From Caecitellus pseudoparvulus (Eukaryota > Protista > Bigyra: Bicosoecida), in NCBI GenBank assembly GCA_965644315.1, contig CBFFRQ010000052.1, forward strand, positions 186,001-250,000: a stretch of DNA of 64,000 nucleotides. The letters are read 5' to 3'. Below the pieces are notes generated by a model. That model was not told the origin of the DNA and searched no databases. It saw only the letters and a program-made list of their open reading frames with translations. The translations under genes were made by a program, and so were the position numbers. This document shows positions 1 through 13,500 of this stretch, piece by piece; position 1 is the first letter of the stretch; the number at the start of each line of letters is the position of its first letter.

Positions 1-704
1 TGCGTTGCATCGACAAGGCTTGGGCCATGTCAAGCCGTTTCCAGCACAACTCAGTGCGTCGAACTGGTGCTTCCTGCCACCCTCCCGCTGAGAGGGTCTG
101 GGTGCGGGCGCTGCCTCCAACCCACACTCCTCTCTATCACCGTCTGGCAGCAGCAAACGAGGACTGCCCCGCTCACTGCGGCAAGGCAGTGTGCCCTAGC
201 TCCCCTGGCTCGCGCTTTCGATCTGAGCGCCGATCGCGGGGTGCCTCGGCTCGTCACCAGAGCACGCTGTGCAGCATGAGTGGAACCTTCCCAGAAAGTG
301 GACATAGCTGTTATCGGGCGCCTGGGGGATTTATGGTTTGCCCAACTTTCACTTCTGGGCGGGGAGGCTGAGTTGCGGAAATTGCTGCCACTTCCAACCT
401 TTACCATTCATACAACCCGGCCCACAATGAGGCCTTGGAGCGTCCTGCCGTGGTGCGGATGAAAGCAGCTCCATCAATGTTGAAAGGGCATCTTTTCATG
501 CCAAGGTGCCGCGCCCATAGGGTTTGGGTTGCCCGGCAGTGGGAAAGGCAGTGCACAGCATTGGCCTGCCGCCAGGCGCTTGCAATGCTGTACGACACAC
601 TACTTTCCACACAACTTCAAAGCGACCCTCCAGATCCCCTTTGACGTGGCTGCTTCTGCCTCGTTCCCCAGTGTTCCCCGAGGGTGCTCTTCCCGACACA
701 CACC

Positions 705-3312
705 ATGCTGGCGTCTCGTGCCTCTGCCGCGGCTGCGGTGCGTGCCTCAGCCTTTCTGCGGGCGCCCCGCTGCGTGCTCGCGTCACGCCTCTCAGGGCAC
801 ATATGTGATGCATGTTGTCGCTCCGCTTCGCCCCCTGCGCAGGCCCTGTCCCGTGGCGCTCGGTGAGTGCTGCGCCGCGCGCGGGCACAGCGTATTGCTG
901 CAGTGCCGGCGGGAATACCATGCACTGCACCCGCACACGCCGCCCCCGCCCCCGTGCAGGTCCATGTCTGCCACCCCTCTGTCAGTGCTGGACCCAGCTG
1001 GCAGCCCCACCATCGAGGCGACGTACAAGTCCATGGCTGACAAGCTGGAGGTGCGTGTCGTCTGCGCCGGCGGCAATTGACGTGGCACGGCTCACCCTGC
1101 CCCACGCCTCTCGCGCTCTCTGCCTGTGCAGGTGGTGCGCAAGAACCTGAACCGCCCCCTGACCCTGAGCGAGAAGATCGTGTACGGCCATCTGGATGAC
1201 GCCGAGCAGGTGCCCGTGCGCGGCGAGACGTACTTGAAGCTGCGCCCAGACCGCGTGGCCATGCAGGATGCCACTGCGCAGATGGCTGTGCTGCAGTTCA
1301 TCAGCTCCGGCCTGCCCAAGGTGGCTGTGCCCTCCACCATCCACTGTGATCACTTGATCGCCGCCGAGAAGGGCTCCTCCGCCGACCTCGCCGCTGCCTC
1401 CGAGGCCAACAAGGAGGTGTACGACTTCCTGTCCACCGCCGGCGCCAAGTTCGGCATCGGCTTCTGGAAGCCCGGCTCCGGCATCATCCACCAGATCGTC
1501 CTGGAGAACTACGCCTTCCCCGGCGGCCTCATGATCGGCACGGACTCCCACACGCCCAACGCGGGCGGCCTGGGCATGTGCGCCGTGGGTGTCGGCGGTG
1601 CCGATGCCGTGGACGTCATGGCCGGCCTGCCCTGGGAGCTCAAGGCCCCCAAGGTCATCGGCGTGAACCTCACCGGCAAGCTGTCTGGCTGGACCTCCGC
1701 CAAGGACGTCATCCTCAAGGTTGCCGACGTGCTGACCGTGAAGGGTGGCACCGGCGCCATCGTCGAGTACTTCGGCGAGGGCGTGGAGTCCATCTCCTGC
1801 ACTGGCATGGGCACCATCTGCAACATGGGTGCTGAGATCGGCGCCACCTGCTCCACCTTCCCCTACACTGCCAGCATGGCTGACTACCTGAAGGCCACCA
1901 AGCGCGCCGACATCGCCAACGCCGCTGACACGTACAAGGACATGCTGGCACCTGATGCCGGCGCCGAGTACGACCAGATCATCGAGATCAACCTGTCTGA
2001 GCTGCAGCCCCACGCCAACGGCCCCATGACGCCCGACCTGGGGCACCAGATCGACACCCTCGGCGAGGCTGCCAAGTCCAACGGCTGGCCCGTGGAGCTG
2101 TCCGCCGGCCTCATCGGCTCCTGCACCAACTCCTCCTACGAGGACATGGCCCGCTGCGCCGCCCTGGCGCGCCAGGCCCTGGACGCCGGCCTCAAGGCCA
2201 AGGTGCCCTTCTTCATCACGCCCGGCTCAGAGCAGATCCGCGCCACCATTGAGCGGGACGGCTTCATCAAGACCTTCGAGGAGGCGGGTGGCACCGTCCT
2301 GGCCAACGCCTGCGGCCCCTGCATCGGGCAGTGGAACCGCACGGACGGCACCGCTGACACCGCCAACTCCATCGTCACCTCCTACAACCGCAACTTCGCC
2401 AAGCGCAACGACGGCAACCCCGGCACCCACGCCTTCGTGACGTCCCCTGAGCTCGTCACGGCCCTGTCCTTCGCAGGCACCCTGGCTTTCGACCCCCGCA
2501 CCGACTCCATCAAGACCCCCGATGGCAGCGACTTTGCCTTCAAGGAGCCCACTGGGGACCAGCTGCCCACCAAGGGGTACGACCCCGGTCAGGAGACGTT
2601 CCAGGCGCCCCCCGCCGACGGCGCGGCAGTGGAGGTGGCTGTGAAGCCCACCTCAGACCGCCTGCAGCTGCTGGAGCCGTTCAAGGCGTGGGACGGCAAG
2701 GACTACACTGGCATGCCCGTGCTGATCAAGGCTGCCGGCAAGTGCACGACGGACCACATCTCCATGGCTGGCCCCTGGCTGAAGTACCGCGGGCACCTGC
2801 AGAACATCTCCAACAACATGCTCATCGGCGCCGTGAACGCCGAGACCGGTGAGACCAACAAGGTGCAGAACATCAAGACTGGCGAGTGGGACAAGGTGCC
2901 GGCAGTGGCTGCCCAGTACCGTGACGCCGGCATCGACTGGGTCGTCATCGGCGACGAGAACTACGGCGAGGGCTCCTCCCGCGAGCACGCCGCGCTGGAG
3001 CCCCGGTACCTGGGCGGCAAGGCCGTTATCGTCCGCTCCTTCGCCCGCATCCACGAGACCAACCTGAAGAAGCAGGGCATGCTGCCCCTCACCTTCGCCG
3101 ACCCCGCTGACTACGACCGCATCACCGGGCACGACCACGTGGACATCCTGGGCCTGGCTGAGCTGGCGCCCGGCAAGCCCGTCACCATGAAGGTCACGCC
3201 TGCCTCTGGCGACGCCGCCTTCGAGGTCACCCTCAACCACACCTTCAACGAGGAGCAGATCCAGTGGTTCAAGGCCGGCTCCGCCCTGAACTTCATGAAG
3301 CAGTCTCTGTAA
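705..3312 (+). CDS. ACO2: Mitochondrial aconitate hydratase (~774 aa, 4 exons)
   Basis: Motifs [73 protein letters not shown]. Manual exons 705-737, 843-862, 960-1050, 1132-3312 give a presequence-like N-terminus [21 protein letters not shown]. Strong C/G third-position bias. Confidence 0.97.
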
Positions 3313-3536
3313 GTGGACAATGCACCACAGGTGTTGCCGTACGTGAGGTCTGGGCCTGACCCCCCCCTGCACCCCCACGGACCACGCAATGCAAGGGCTG
3401 CCGGACAACGGATCATGTCCAGCACAACACTTAAACAACCACAACCCCAGCCCGCCTTCGCGTCCAAGGCGGAGCGTGCAGAAGAGGTGTTCTGTGTGAG
3501 CTGGTCTGCCGCACGTGTGCTCTTCGTGACGTCACC

Positions 3537-6500
3537 ATGTCTTCAACTGAAGGCGGCACAGCGCCGGCCCTGAAGCGACTGGACAGCGAAACAATCCGGC
3601 TTGAACATGGATACGAGCAGCTCTTGTTGAGCATGAAGGGCCTGCTCCCAGAGCAGCCAGACGTGTCGGTGTGTGCGGCTCGGAAATGCGCGGATGCGGA
3701 AGGCTGCGGAACTTGAACCATTCCGCAAAATTCCCGACCCTACCACAGGTGCACTACGAGGGCCTGCGGTACGACGTCGACGTGCCCAAGGTCCAGTATG
3801 ATGTTCCGAACGTTGCATCCGAGTGTGGCAACTGCCTGGGTGGCATTGCCCGTGGTGTGGCGTGCCAGAAGCCGCCTCATACGTCGTTCCCCGTCCTAGA
3901 CGGCGTGGACGGAGCTCTGCGGCCTGGCACCATGTCCCTCGTCTTGGCCCCACCTGGACACGGCAAGTCAGCCCTTCTGCAAGCTCTGGCAGGAAAAATC
4001 GACTCCTCTGCTCTGGAGGGAGAGGTGAGTGCGCGCTTGTAGGCCCTGTGGCTGCTGCAGCCGCGCCACACTCCGCGTAATTCCCCGCTCTCGTCGAGTG
4101 CTTGCTCGTGGCACCTGCCCACCCCCGCTGCCCGCCCAGATCACGTACTCCAAACAAGCGCACACTGCCCTGGATGCCAGTCTCCCGAAGCTCGTCGCGT
4201 ACATGCCTCAGGTGGACAACCACATGGCGCTGCTGACTGTGCGGGAGACGTTCGAGTTCGCGCTTCGCAACGCCGTGGTGGACAAGCTGGCTGCCCTGGA
4301 GAGCCCCGAGCTGGTGAAGGCCATGCAGCGACGCGTGGAGACCATCATCAACCTGCTGTCGCTGGAAGAGTGTGCCGACACTGTCGTGGGCAACGACCTC
4401 ATCCGCGGCGTGTCAGGCGGCCAGCGCAAGCGCGTCACGGTGGGGGAAGTCCTCATCACCAACGCCCGCGTCATGCTGCTGGACGAGTTCAGCACTGGCC
4501 TGGACACCTCCACCACCTTTGACATCACCAACGCCCTGCGCCAGTGGACGCGGCACATGGGCGGCGTCTTGGGCGCCGCACTGCTGCAGCCGCCACCTGA
4601 GGTGTACGCGCTGTTCGACGACGTCATCCTCATGCGAGAAGGCTCGGTGGTGTACCACGGCCCCCGCGACCGTGTCGTCGCGTACTTCCAGGCTGCAGGC
4701 TGGGTCTTGCCTGCCGGCGTGGACGAGGCTGACTGGCTGGTGGAGATGCTGACCGACCCGCCCGCCATGTGGGCCAAGCAGAACGCAGCTCCTGACAGTG
4801 ACTCCACGGACGGTGACTCCTCCGCTGGGTCTGCCGCAGAAGGCGCCGATGACGTGCGGGGCGCTGAGCCCACTGGCACTGGCACGGCCGCTGCCACGGA
4901 GCCTGCAGCCGTCGATGGTCCTGTGCCCCCCCTGTCCACGGCAGACATGGTGGCTGCCTGGAAGGCGTCCCCCGTCTTCCAGCACCTGCAGTCGGCTCTG
5001 CAAGGCACCACGGGAACGGGCGTGACTGAAGCCAGCGCTGCTGCTCCTGAGCAGCAGCAAGAGGGGACAGAGGAGGTTGCTGCGGCGGGTGCGCAGGAAT
5101 CGGAGGATGGTGCCTCCCCTTCCCTGCACGACGGAGGGTGGGTGCAGGGGTATGTGGCACCCACGTTGAACCTCGCCTCCAACTTCGCTGTGGCCCAGTT
5201 CGGGACCGCCAGCAGCCAGAGCTGGTTCCAGCACACGTGGCTGAACCTGCAGCGCCAGGCTCGCCTGCTGCTGCGCAACCCCATCTTCCTGGGCGCCAAG
5301 GTCATGCAGCACGTCATGCTGGGCCTCATCCTAGGCTCCCTCTTTTACGACCTGGAGCTGCAGGCCATCAACACCAAGATTGGCTGCCTGGTGTTCGGCC
5401 TCATCCACCTCTCCTTCTCCAACTTCGTCGGCATCCCGTGGGCGTTGGAGACGCGTGACGTCATCCAGAAGCAGGTTCGCCTGGGCTTCTACCCCACTTC
5501 CTCCTTCACCGTCTCCTCCATGCTCATGAACATCCCCGTGGCGTTCCTGGAAAGCCTCATCCTGGGCTCCTTCCTGTACTGGATGCCGGGCTTTGCCGAC
5601 GACGGGGAGCGCTTCATGGTCTTCATCGCCTTGCTGTTCGTGCAAGACATGGTCATGGCCAACGTCTTCAACCTCCTCGCGTACGTGTCCCCCGACATGG
5701 AGGCGGCACAAGCTGGGGCGGGGCCGGCCGTGGGCGTCCTGGTGCTGTTCGCGGGTTTCCTGAACACTCGCTCCTCCATCCCCGACTTCATGATCTGGCT
5801 GTACTGGATTTCCCCCTTCTCCTGGACAACGCGTGCCGCCGCGCTGAACGAGTTCCTGGACGAAAAGTACTCTGCCATCGTCCCTGGCACAGGCAAGAAG
5901 CTTGGCATCGTGCTCATGGAGCAGTTCGAGATTCAGACCGACGAGGCATGGATTGTGTACGGCTTCCTGTACCTGCTGGCACTGTTCCTCATGTCCAGCT
6001 TCGTCACGAACCTCGCCCTCAGCAACATCCGTTACGACGTTGCCATCGGCACATCTCGCCAGGAGGACGAGCCGGTAGCTGCCACCACTGGCGACTCGGC
6101 CAGCACCGCAGTGCCCTTCCCCAAAGCCAGTCTTGCGTTCCACAACCTCGGCTACACCGTCAAGCTCAAGGATGGCACGGAGCGCGCCCTGCTGACCAAT
6201 GTCAACGGCTACGTCGCCGAGGGCTCTTGCACCGCGCTCTGCGGCGTGTCGGGGGCTGGCAAGTCCACTCTGCTGGATGTCATCGCGGGGCGCAAGACGG
6301 CGGGGAAGCAGACAGGGCAAGTGTTTGTGAATGGGCAGGTGCAAGACCCCCGCACCTTCGCCCGCATCACGGCGTATGTGGAGCAGCAGGACCTGCACAT
6401 GCCCTACACGACCGTGCTGGAGGCGGTGCAGTTCGCAGCAGACCTGCGCCTGGACCCCGTCACAGTGGACGCTGCCACCCGGGCGGCCATCGTGACAGAA

Positions 6501-8138
6501 GTCATGACCATCATGGAGCTGAACCCCCTGGCAGACCGCATCGTGGGGGAGGCAGGCGCCCGCAACGCCCTGTCGCCCTCCCAGCGCAAGCTGCTGTCCA
6601 TCGCCATCGAGCTGGTGTCCCAGCCCTCCATCCTGTTCCTGGACGAGCCCACCAGCGGCCTGGACTCCCGCGCCGCAGCCAACGTCATGCGCGTCGTGCG
6701 CAACATCGCCAACACCGGCCGCACTGTCATCTGCACCATCCACCAGCCCAGCAAGGAGGTGTTCCTGTCCTCCTTCGATGCTATGCTGCTGCTGCAGCGG
6801 GGCGGCCGCACCGTGTACTTCGGCAGCCTGGGCCACGGCGGGCACCGCATGACCGACTACTTCACCACCTTCCCAGGCGTGCAGGCCATCAGCCCCGGTG
6901 ACAACCCCGCAACGTGGATGCTGGACGTCATCGGAGGCGGCACTGGTACCCTCACCACGGACGGTGCGACGGGCACGCCTGCAGTGGACGCCGAGTCGCA
7001 AGCCAAGGCGCCGGTGGACTTCGCAGATGCTTACGACGGATCCGAGCTGGCCAAGCACAACATGCGCAAGCTGGCTAAGTACGTGGCGGCTGCCGACATC
7101 ACGGCGCCCCCTGCCGCGGAGCCAGTGGCGAAGGAAGGTGCCGAGTCTGCGGCGGCGACCATGGCTGCCCCCACCATGACCGCCACTGGCAGCATCGCGC
7201 GGTCAAATTCCATCACGCTGGAACCACCCAGTGAGGAGTACGCCACGTCCTGGTGTGTGCAGTTCACCACCGTGCTGGGGCGCAAGTGGCGGTCTTACTG
7301 GCGCAACACTGCGTACAACCACACTCGCCTGGTCATCCACGTCATCCTGGGCCTCATCTTCGGCCTGGGGTACCAAGGCGTGCCCACAGACACCGTGGGC
7401 GGCGTCACCTCCAAGTTGTCCCTCATGTTCATGGCCACTGCCTTCACCGGCCTCATGAATTTCGGCACCAGCCTGCCTGTGCTAGCCAAGGAGCGCGCCG
7501 TCTTCTACCGCGAACGAGCAGCCAACATGTACCGCCCCGAAGCGTACGGCCTGTCCGTGCTGCTGTGTGAGCTGCCCTACGTCGCCGTCTTCAACGTCGT
7601 CATCACCACCTGCTACTACTGGCTGGCGGAGCTGGAGGCGGACGCCGGCGCCTACTTCTCCTACCTCCTCATGCACTTCGTCACCTCCTTCGCCCTGGTG
7701 TGCATGGGTGCCTTCCTGGCGGCGGCCTTCCCCGACGTGCAGACGGCGCAGATGGGGGGTAGCTTCCTGGTCACGCTGTTCTTCCTGCACGGCGGGGTGT
7801 TCAGCCCCTTCCCCAGCACGCCTGATGGCTGGGTGTGGTTCAGGTGGATTAACCCCATCGCGTACGCCGTGAACTCCCTGGGCTCGCTGCAGTTCTACTG
7901 TGATGTCAAGGCCACCCCCAATCCCAGCACTGGCACTGTGGACTTCAACTGCCCCACCATCGACTTCGTCACGCCCCAGGGCCAGATCACTGTGCCTGTC
8001 TGGACCTACCTCTCCAACACCTACGACCTGGACTATGACCGCCGCTTTGCCGATGTCGGCTACAATGCGCTCATCGCTGCGGTGCTGCTCTCGGCATTCC
8101 TCCTCTCCCTTCGCTTCATCTCCCACCTGAAGCGTTGA
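3537..8138 (+). CDS. Full-size ABCG/PDR transporter (NBD-TMD-NBD-TMD, ~1,468 aa, 3 exons)
   Basis: Exons 3537-3668, 3749-4024, 4140-8138. NBD1 has Walker A APPGHGKS, signature GVSGGQRKRVT and LLDEFSTGLD. NBD2 has GVSGAGKS and FLDEPTSGLD. Two hydrophobic TMDs and the ERAVFYRERAA motif. Confidence 0.95.
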
Positions 8139-8320
8139 CGAGCTGGACGCCACCCCCCCTGGAGGGAGTGGAGAGGTGGCACACTCCTCTCCTGCTCCCA
8201 CCAATTTCATGCATGCATGTTTCAAGTTGCCTGGACCCCTCCAATGCAATTTGTGCACTCCACCTTCCTGGGTCAGTCTGAATACCAACCTCGTGCCACG
8301 TGCCTGATCCGAGCAACTGC

Positions 8321-10299
8321 ATGGACGAGGGAGGGTTTTCCAGGGGCTGCGGAGGGGACGCCAAGGGCGGTCCAGAGGCGGCAGTCGTCCTGCATAGCCG
8401 CCCTCCGTGCCGGCGCCAGAAGGTGCGAACGCCAGGGCTGCCTCACTCACGCTGAGCTGCCAGGAACGACGCACGCACCCTTTCTCACCCAGGGTTTGCT
8501 TGCCGACGTGCTGCTGCGCAACGAAGCCATCAGCAAGGTGGCTCTGCTGAAGGGCACCAACACCCGCTTTAGAAAGAACCTGGGCAAGTGCGGGCTTGCT
8601 GCCAGTGACCTCTTCGGCGTGGCGCTGTCAGGTGGCCAGGCGTCCATGTGAGTTTCAGCCTGAAACTCCGGCAGGCACCGCTGCTGCCCCCGCACCACCC
8701 TGCCGTGGCGAGGCACAGGGCGCTGATCGCCTCATTGCGGAGCCATCGTTCGAAGAACAAGGGGGCATCTGCCCCTGAGCAGGTGCGTGTTCCTCCCGCT
8801 GGAGCCGGCACACGCTGGTGCTGTCAATGCGCTTGCTCCCCTGCCTGGCGCAGTTCATCGCTATGCACGTCGACTGCAGCCAGCTGCACAGCTTGTGGAG
8901 CCCCCATCTCACACCAGAAGAGGTGGCCACGGCCCACCTAGCATTTCACCAGGGCGTGCTGTGCGACATGCAGGCTAGGCTGGCTGTGCTGCCCCTGCAC
9001 ACCCTGTGGCAGGCGCAGTACTCGGCCACAGTGCTGGAGCCAGGCACACAGATGGAAGCCCCGGACTACAGCGGCAGCAGCCACGCCATTGCAGCGATGA
9101 ACGCCCTGTTTGATCGCTTGCCTGACTTGGACGCCAAGCAGGCGCTGCTGGAGCACTTGGTGTTGCTGGCTCTGCGGCGTGCTGCGGCCCAGCTGGGCTG
9201 CAGGCAGGTGTTGGTGGGGGACACCACCAACAGGTGTGCAGAGCGCGTGCTGAGCAGCGTGGCGCAGGGCAATGGGTACGGTGTGGGGCTGCAGGCTGCC
9301 CTGATGGACAACCGCTTTCACAGCTCGGGTTTTGGAGACGCCTCAGGCGACGCGGGTGTGCTGTTCGTGCGACCACTCGCAGATGCAGAGCAGAAGGAAG
9401 TGCAGCTGTTCTGCAGGTGGGCGGCTCCGTCCGCCATGCCCGCCGCTGCCTCTGTGCCGTACTTGTTCACCCCCACATTCTTCACCAAGGCCCCCCCCCG
9501 GTCCAGCGTGCGCCAGGCTGTGGCGTCCCTCGTGGCCATGCTGCAGGCCTCTTTCCCCTCCTCCGCCTTCAACGTCCTGCGCACAGTGAAGAAGCTAGCC
9601 AGGCCGGAAGGGCTCAGCCTGCCTGGAAAGGCCGATGTCAGGGCACGACGGGCGCGTGAGCGGCGGCGGGTGGCGGCTGTCTTGCAGGCGAGCCAAGGCA
9701 CACCCAGCGAAGCTGCTGCTGCTCCCACACCTGACGTGCCGGGTGACGCTGGCTCTACGACCCCTGCTGCTGCCCAGCCAGGCCTGTCAAACACCGCCTT
9801 CGTGCCATGCCCGCTGTGTGGCAACTTGCTCAATGGCGTGGAGCTCGCCAGGCTGCGTGGAACTCCCCGGGACCTGCGCAGTGCTCTGTGCTACGGCTGC
9901 CGCACGTGGTCCGAGGCGGGCGGCGCCAACCTGCCGCAGGACACTGCCGGGCTGCCCGTAGCCATGCTGCCCGATATCCTGCATGCAGTGCAGGCTGGGG
10001 AGTGGCTGCACTTGTCAGCAGAGCAGGCTGCAGCTGCGACGGCGGCCCAGATGCCCATGGCCACGGCCGAGTCCGCTGCCGAGCTGGCCAGGGCAGGCGC
10101 ACCTGCAACGCAAGAGTCTGAGCCGGTGCAGGCGCGGGCGGCTGAGCCCATGAGCAGGGCTGCCATGCGAGCTGCCATAGAGGCGTACATGTTGCTCCCT
10201 GAGGACGCAGAGGAGGGGGTGGGCGCTGACGAGGCGGGGCTGTCTGGCACTGCTCACGCCGGCATCAGCGCGGGGGCCACTGCAGGCGACCAGGAGTAG
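8321..10299 (+). CDS. CTU2: Cytoplasmic tRNA 2-thiolation protein 2 (Ctu2/Ncs2); 5' exons approximate
   Basis: Degenerate PP-loop VALSGGQASM in an upstream exon. Also VLVGDTTNRCAERVLSSVAQGNG, VRPL..EV, LQASFPSSAFNVLRT, and C-terminal CPLC and LCYGC. About 3 short introns between 8423 and 8853; start codon uncertain. Confidence 0.8.
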
Positions 10300-10530
10300 G
10301 GCAGGTGGGTGCCCCCGGAAATGCATGCACTTGCACAAACTCTTTCCTACAGCGCGCCAGGAGGCCCTGCTGCTTACACACGTGCCTCCTGCGCCGTGTC
10401 CTCGCCAACTCTGGCCGAGCGTGAAGTGCGGAACTTTCGCAGTGCACGCTTTGGCTTCCTGATCACGCCTGTGGCACCCCCGCGACGCCTGCAGGCGCCA
10501 CGCTGATCAAGCTTGGTAGTGGGCTTTGCC

Positions 10531-13500
10531 ATGGCTGTTGCTCGCCAGATTTTCTGCGCCCGGGCGCTGTCCAGGCGAGTGCTGCCTCGACGCCTGGCGC
10601 CACTGCTGCCAGGCGCGCAACGCTGCCTCAGCACCGCTGCCCCGCCCGGTGCTGCTGACCCCTCCGTGTACATTGAGCCAACTGGGCCAGCAGAGGTGGC
10701 CCCTGCACCACCAGTGAAGCACCCGCTCTTCCCAAGCTACGAGTACCATGTGGGTGGGGATGCGCCGTACCCCATCTTCTGGCTGGACCCAGAAGGACCG
10801 TGGTACCCAGCAGTGCTGAAGGTGGCGCAGGCCGGCGCCAGCGTCCTGGAACACATGCATGACTTCACGGGCCTGCCGTGGTGGGCGACGGTGGTGGGCG
10901 GCACCTTCATGCTGCGCATGGCTGTCATTCCCATCTCCCTCTTCGCCCTGCGCAACGCCTCCAAGGCCTTCGACGCTCAAGGCGACATCAAGGCCCTCAT
11001 GCGGTCGTACCAGACCGCCATGGCCAACTTGGGACCAACACCCCCGCCTCTGAAGCGGCTGGCCCTCACACGCACCCTCATGAAGGGCATCCGAGCAGCC
11101 CTGCACAAGGCCAACTGCTTCCCCTGGCGCACCTTTGCCACGCCCCTGGTGCATTGGCCCCTGCTCACCACTGGGGCGCTGGGCGCTCGGCACCTGGTGC
11201 TGATGGGGGATGAATCCTTCGAGACAGGGGGCATGCTGTGGTTCCAGGACCTCACCCTGGCCGACCCCACCTACATCCTGCCAGCCCTCTCCATCCTCTC
11301 CTCCTACGCCTTCATGGAGTACGCCTACCAGACGCCTGTGGCGGGGCAGAAGACTGCAGGCGCACCCGCCGTGCTGGGCGCGCGCATCGTCACGAACGTC
11401 CGCAACTTCTTCCAGCTGTGGGTCATGGCCATGGCGCCCTTCACCTTCGAACTGCCAGCTGGCCTGTACATGGCGTGGATCGCAGGCACGACCTGGGCCA
11501 CGCTGTGGGTGGCCTTCATTCGCACAGACGCCGCGCACCGCCTGGTGACGGGGCGCCCCACCCCCCGCCACGTGGCGGCAGAGGAGGACCCCCTGAACAT
11601 GGCTGGCATCCCGGATGCGCCCGGCCTGGGCACCGCCGCGCCCATGCCAGGCACCGCTGTGCAGCGGGTCATGCGTGCGTACGACGCGGCGATGGAGCGG
11701 GCGGCAGGTGTGTTGGTGGCTACCCTCCGGCGCGCCGGTGTGGGGGCAGCGCAGAGAGACAGCTCCAGCTGGGCGCCCGCCTCCCTGCACGCTGAGGCAG
11801 GGCGTGTGGCAGCGCAGCTCCGCCGCACGAGCCAGGCGGGTGCCGGTCCCACCCCCGCCATGGGCGCCAGCACGCCCTCAGGGCAGCTCCCGCGCCCCTC
11901 CCCAGCCATCCTCGGCACAGAGCCCGGCCTGGCGGGCATGCTGCCGCCCCACGGCAGTGGTAGCGACGACGAGGAGGGGGGTGGCAGTGGTGCTGCCCCA
12001 GCCGGGGGCGGCGCTGATGGTGGCGGAGCAGGGGATGGGCGTGGGCCAACTGGCCACGGCCTGCTCCACAGCCGACTGCGTGGCGCGGCAGACGACGTGA
12101 CGGCACGTCGCAGGGCCATTCGCGCGGCACGGGAGGCCCAGGACGTCGCCCTGCACGCAGCGCTGGACGATGCCTTCCAGCACGTGGCGGACATGCAGGC
12201 ATCCCGTGCCTCGCATGTGCTGCACCTGCTGCAGGTGGCGGACTTGGCGCCGCAGCCCCACCCACACCTGCTGCAGGGCATGCTGCACCACCCTCGCTCA
12301 CCCGAAGAGCCCCCAACCTCCCCTGGCCCAAGCTCCTCCTCCTCCTCCTCGCTTGCCTCAGCCGCAGGCAAGCTGGGTTCTGGCGTGGGCGCTGCCGTGG
12401 CTCACGGCGTGCGGCTGGTGGCCGAGGCTGGCTCGGCCGCCATCACCGGCGCAGGGAGGGGTGGTGTGGCGGTGGCAGGGGAGACTCCAGCAGCCGCTGT
12501 GCAGGCCGCCGCGTCGCCCGCCCCGCGCACGGCACGGCAGGTGTCTGAGGCTGACAAGCGCCGCCTCGCCGCGGAGGTCAAGGCAGCCCTGGCCGCCGCC
12601 AAAGCCAAGCCAGTCGCCGCAGACGCGAGCCGATCAGCGGACCACAAGCACACCGGCGGCAGTGGAGGCGGCGGCGGTGACCCCATTCCGCGCTTCCCGG
12701 CGCCGGGGCCCGAGGAGCCCTTCGTCGGCTTCGGGCGCAATGGGGCGGGGCTGCGGGACACGGTGCGGCACTTGGAGTCCCGGCGCACCGCCACGGAAGC
12801 AGACATGGCCCGCATCATCGCCTCCACCATCCTCAGCGGCACCCCTCGCGCGACGCCCCCCGCCCGCAGCGTGCTGGACGCGTTGCCGCCGCCTGCGCCT
12901 CAAGACCCCCCTGCCTCCTCCTCCTCCCACGACGCCACCCGGGGAACAGACCGGGCTGGCAGGGCGTACCTGGATCCAGAGCGCGTGTATGCAGAGGCCA
13001 AGGCCCTCGCCCGCCACGTGCTGTCCATGGACGCACCCCTGACGCAGCCCTCACAGTCGCAGGCATCACAACCCGCACCAACCACAGGGCTGGCTGCCCG
13101 CCGCCAGCTGCTGGAGGAGCTCGGCCAGGCCGTGGACTTGCAGGCGCTGTCAAAGCCCGGCGTGCAGCAGCGCTCCCTGCAGCGCCTGCAGGTGCTCATG
13201 AGTGTGGCGCGGGAGACCTCCAAGCGCACAGGCGTGGCTCTGCCCGGAGCAGGCGACACGGCGGCGCTGGCGCGGGGGGAGGGTGCCCGTCAGGCGGTGG
13301 AGCAGGGCTCCCCCGACGCGCTGGCCACGCAGCACTCCCTCACAGTCACCATGGCGGCGGCTGAGCTGGCGACGGGGATACTGCATGATGCGCGGCGGGC
13401 AGTGGCCGCATCCCCGCCCGCTGCCGCCCCGCCTTCCAGCAAGCAAGGCACTCGCCGCCAGCGCCGCGCAGCCCGGGTCAAGGCGCAGAATGCTGCGTAC

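Noticed and set aside
1-460. Possible 5' exon(s) of a minus-strand gene running off the window start
   Set aside because: No recognisable domain or confident splice model; cannot be supported.
982-7058. Long antisense and alternate-frame ORFs (982-2046, 5331-7058; also 25757-27505, 39566-41623, 57210-59066 and others)
   Set aside because: Expected shadows of high-GC, GC3-biased coding sequence, with no recognisable motifs.
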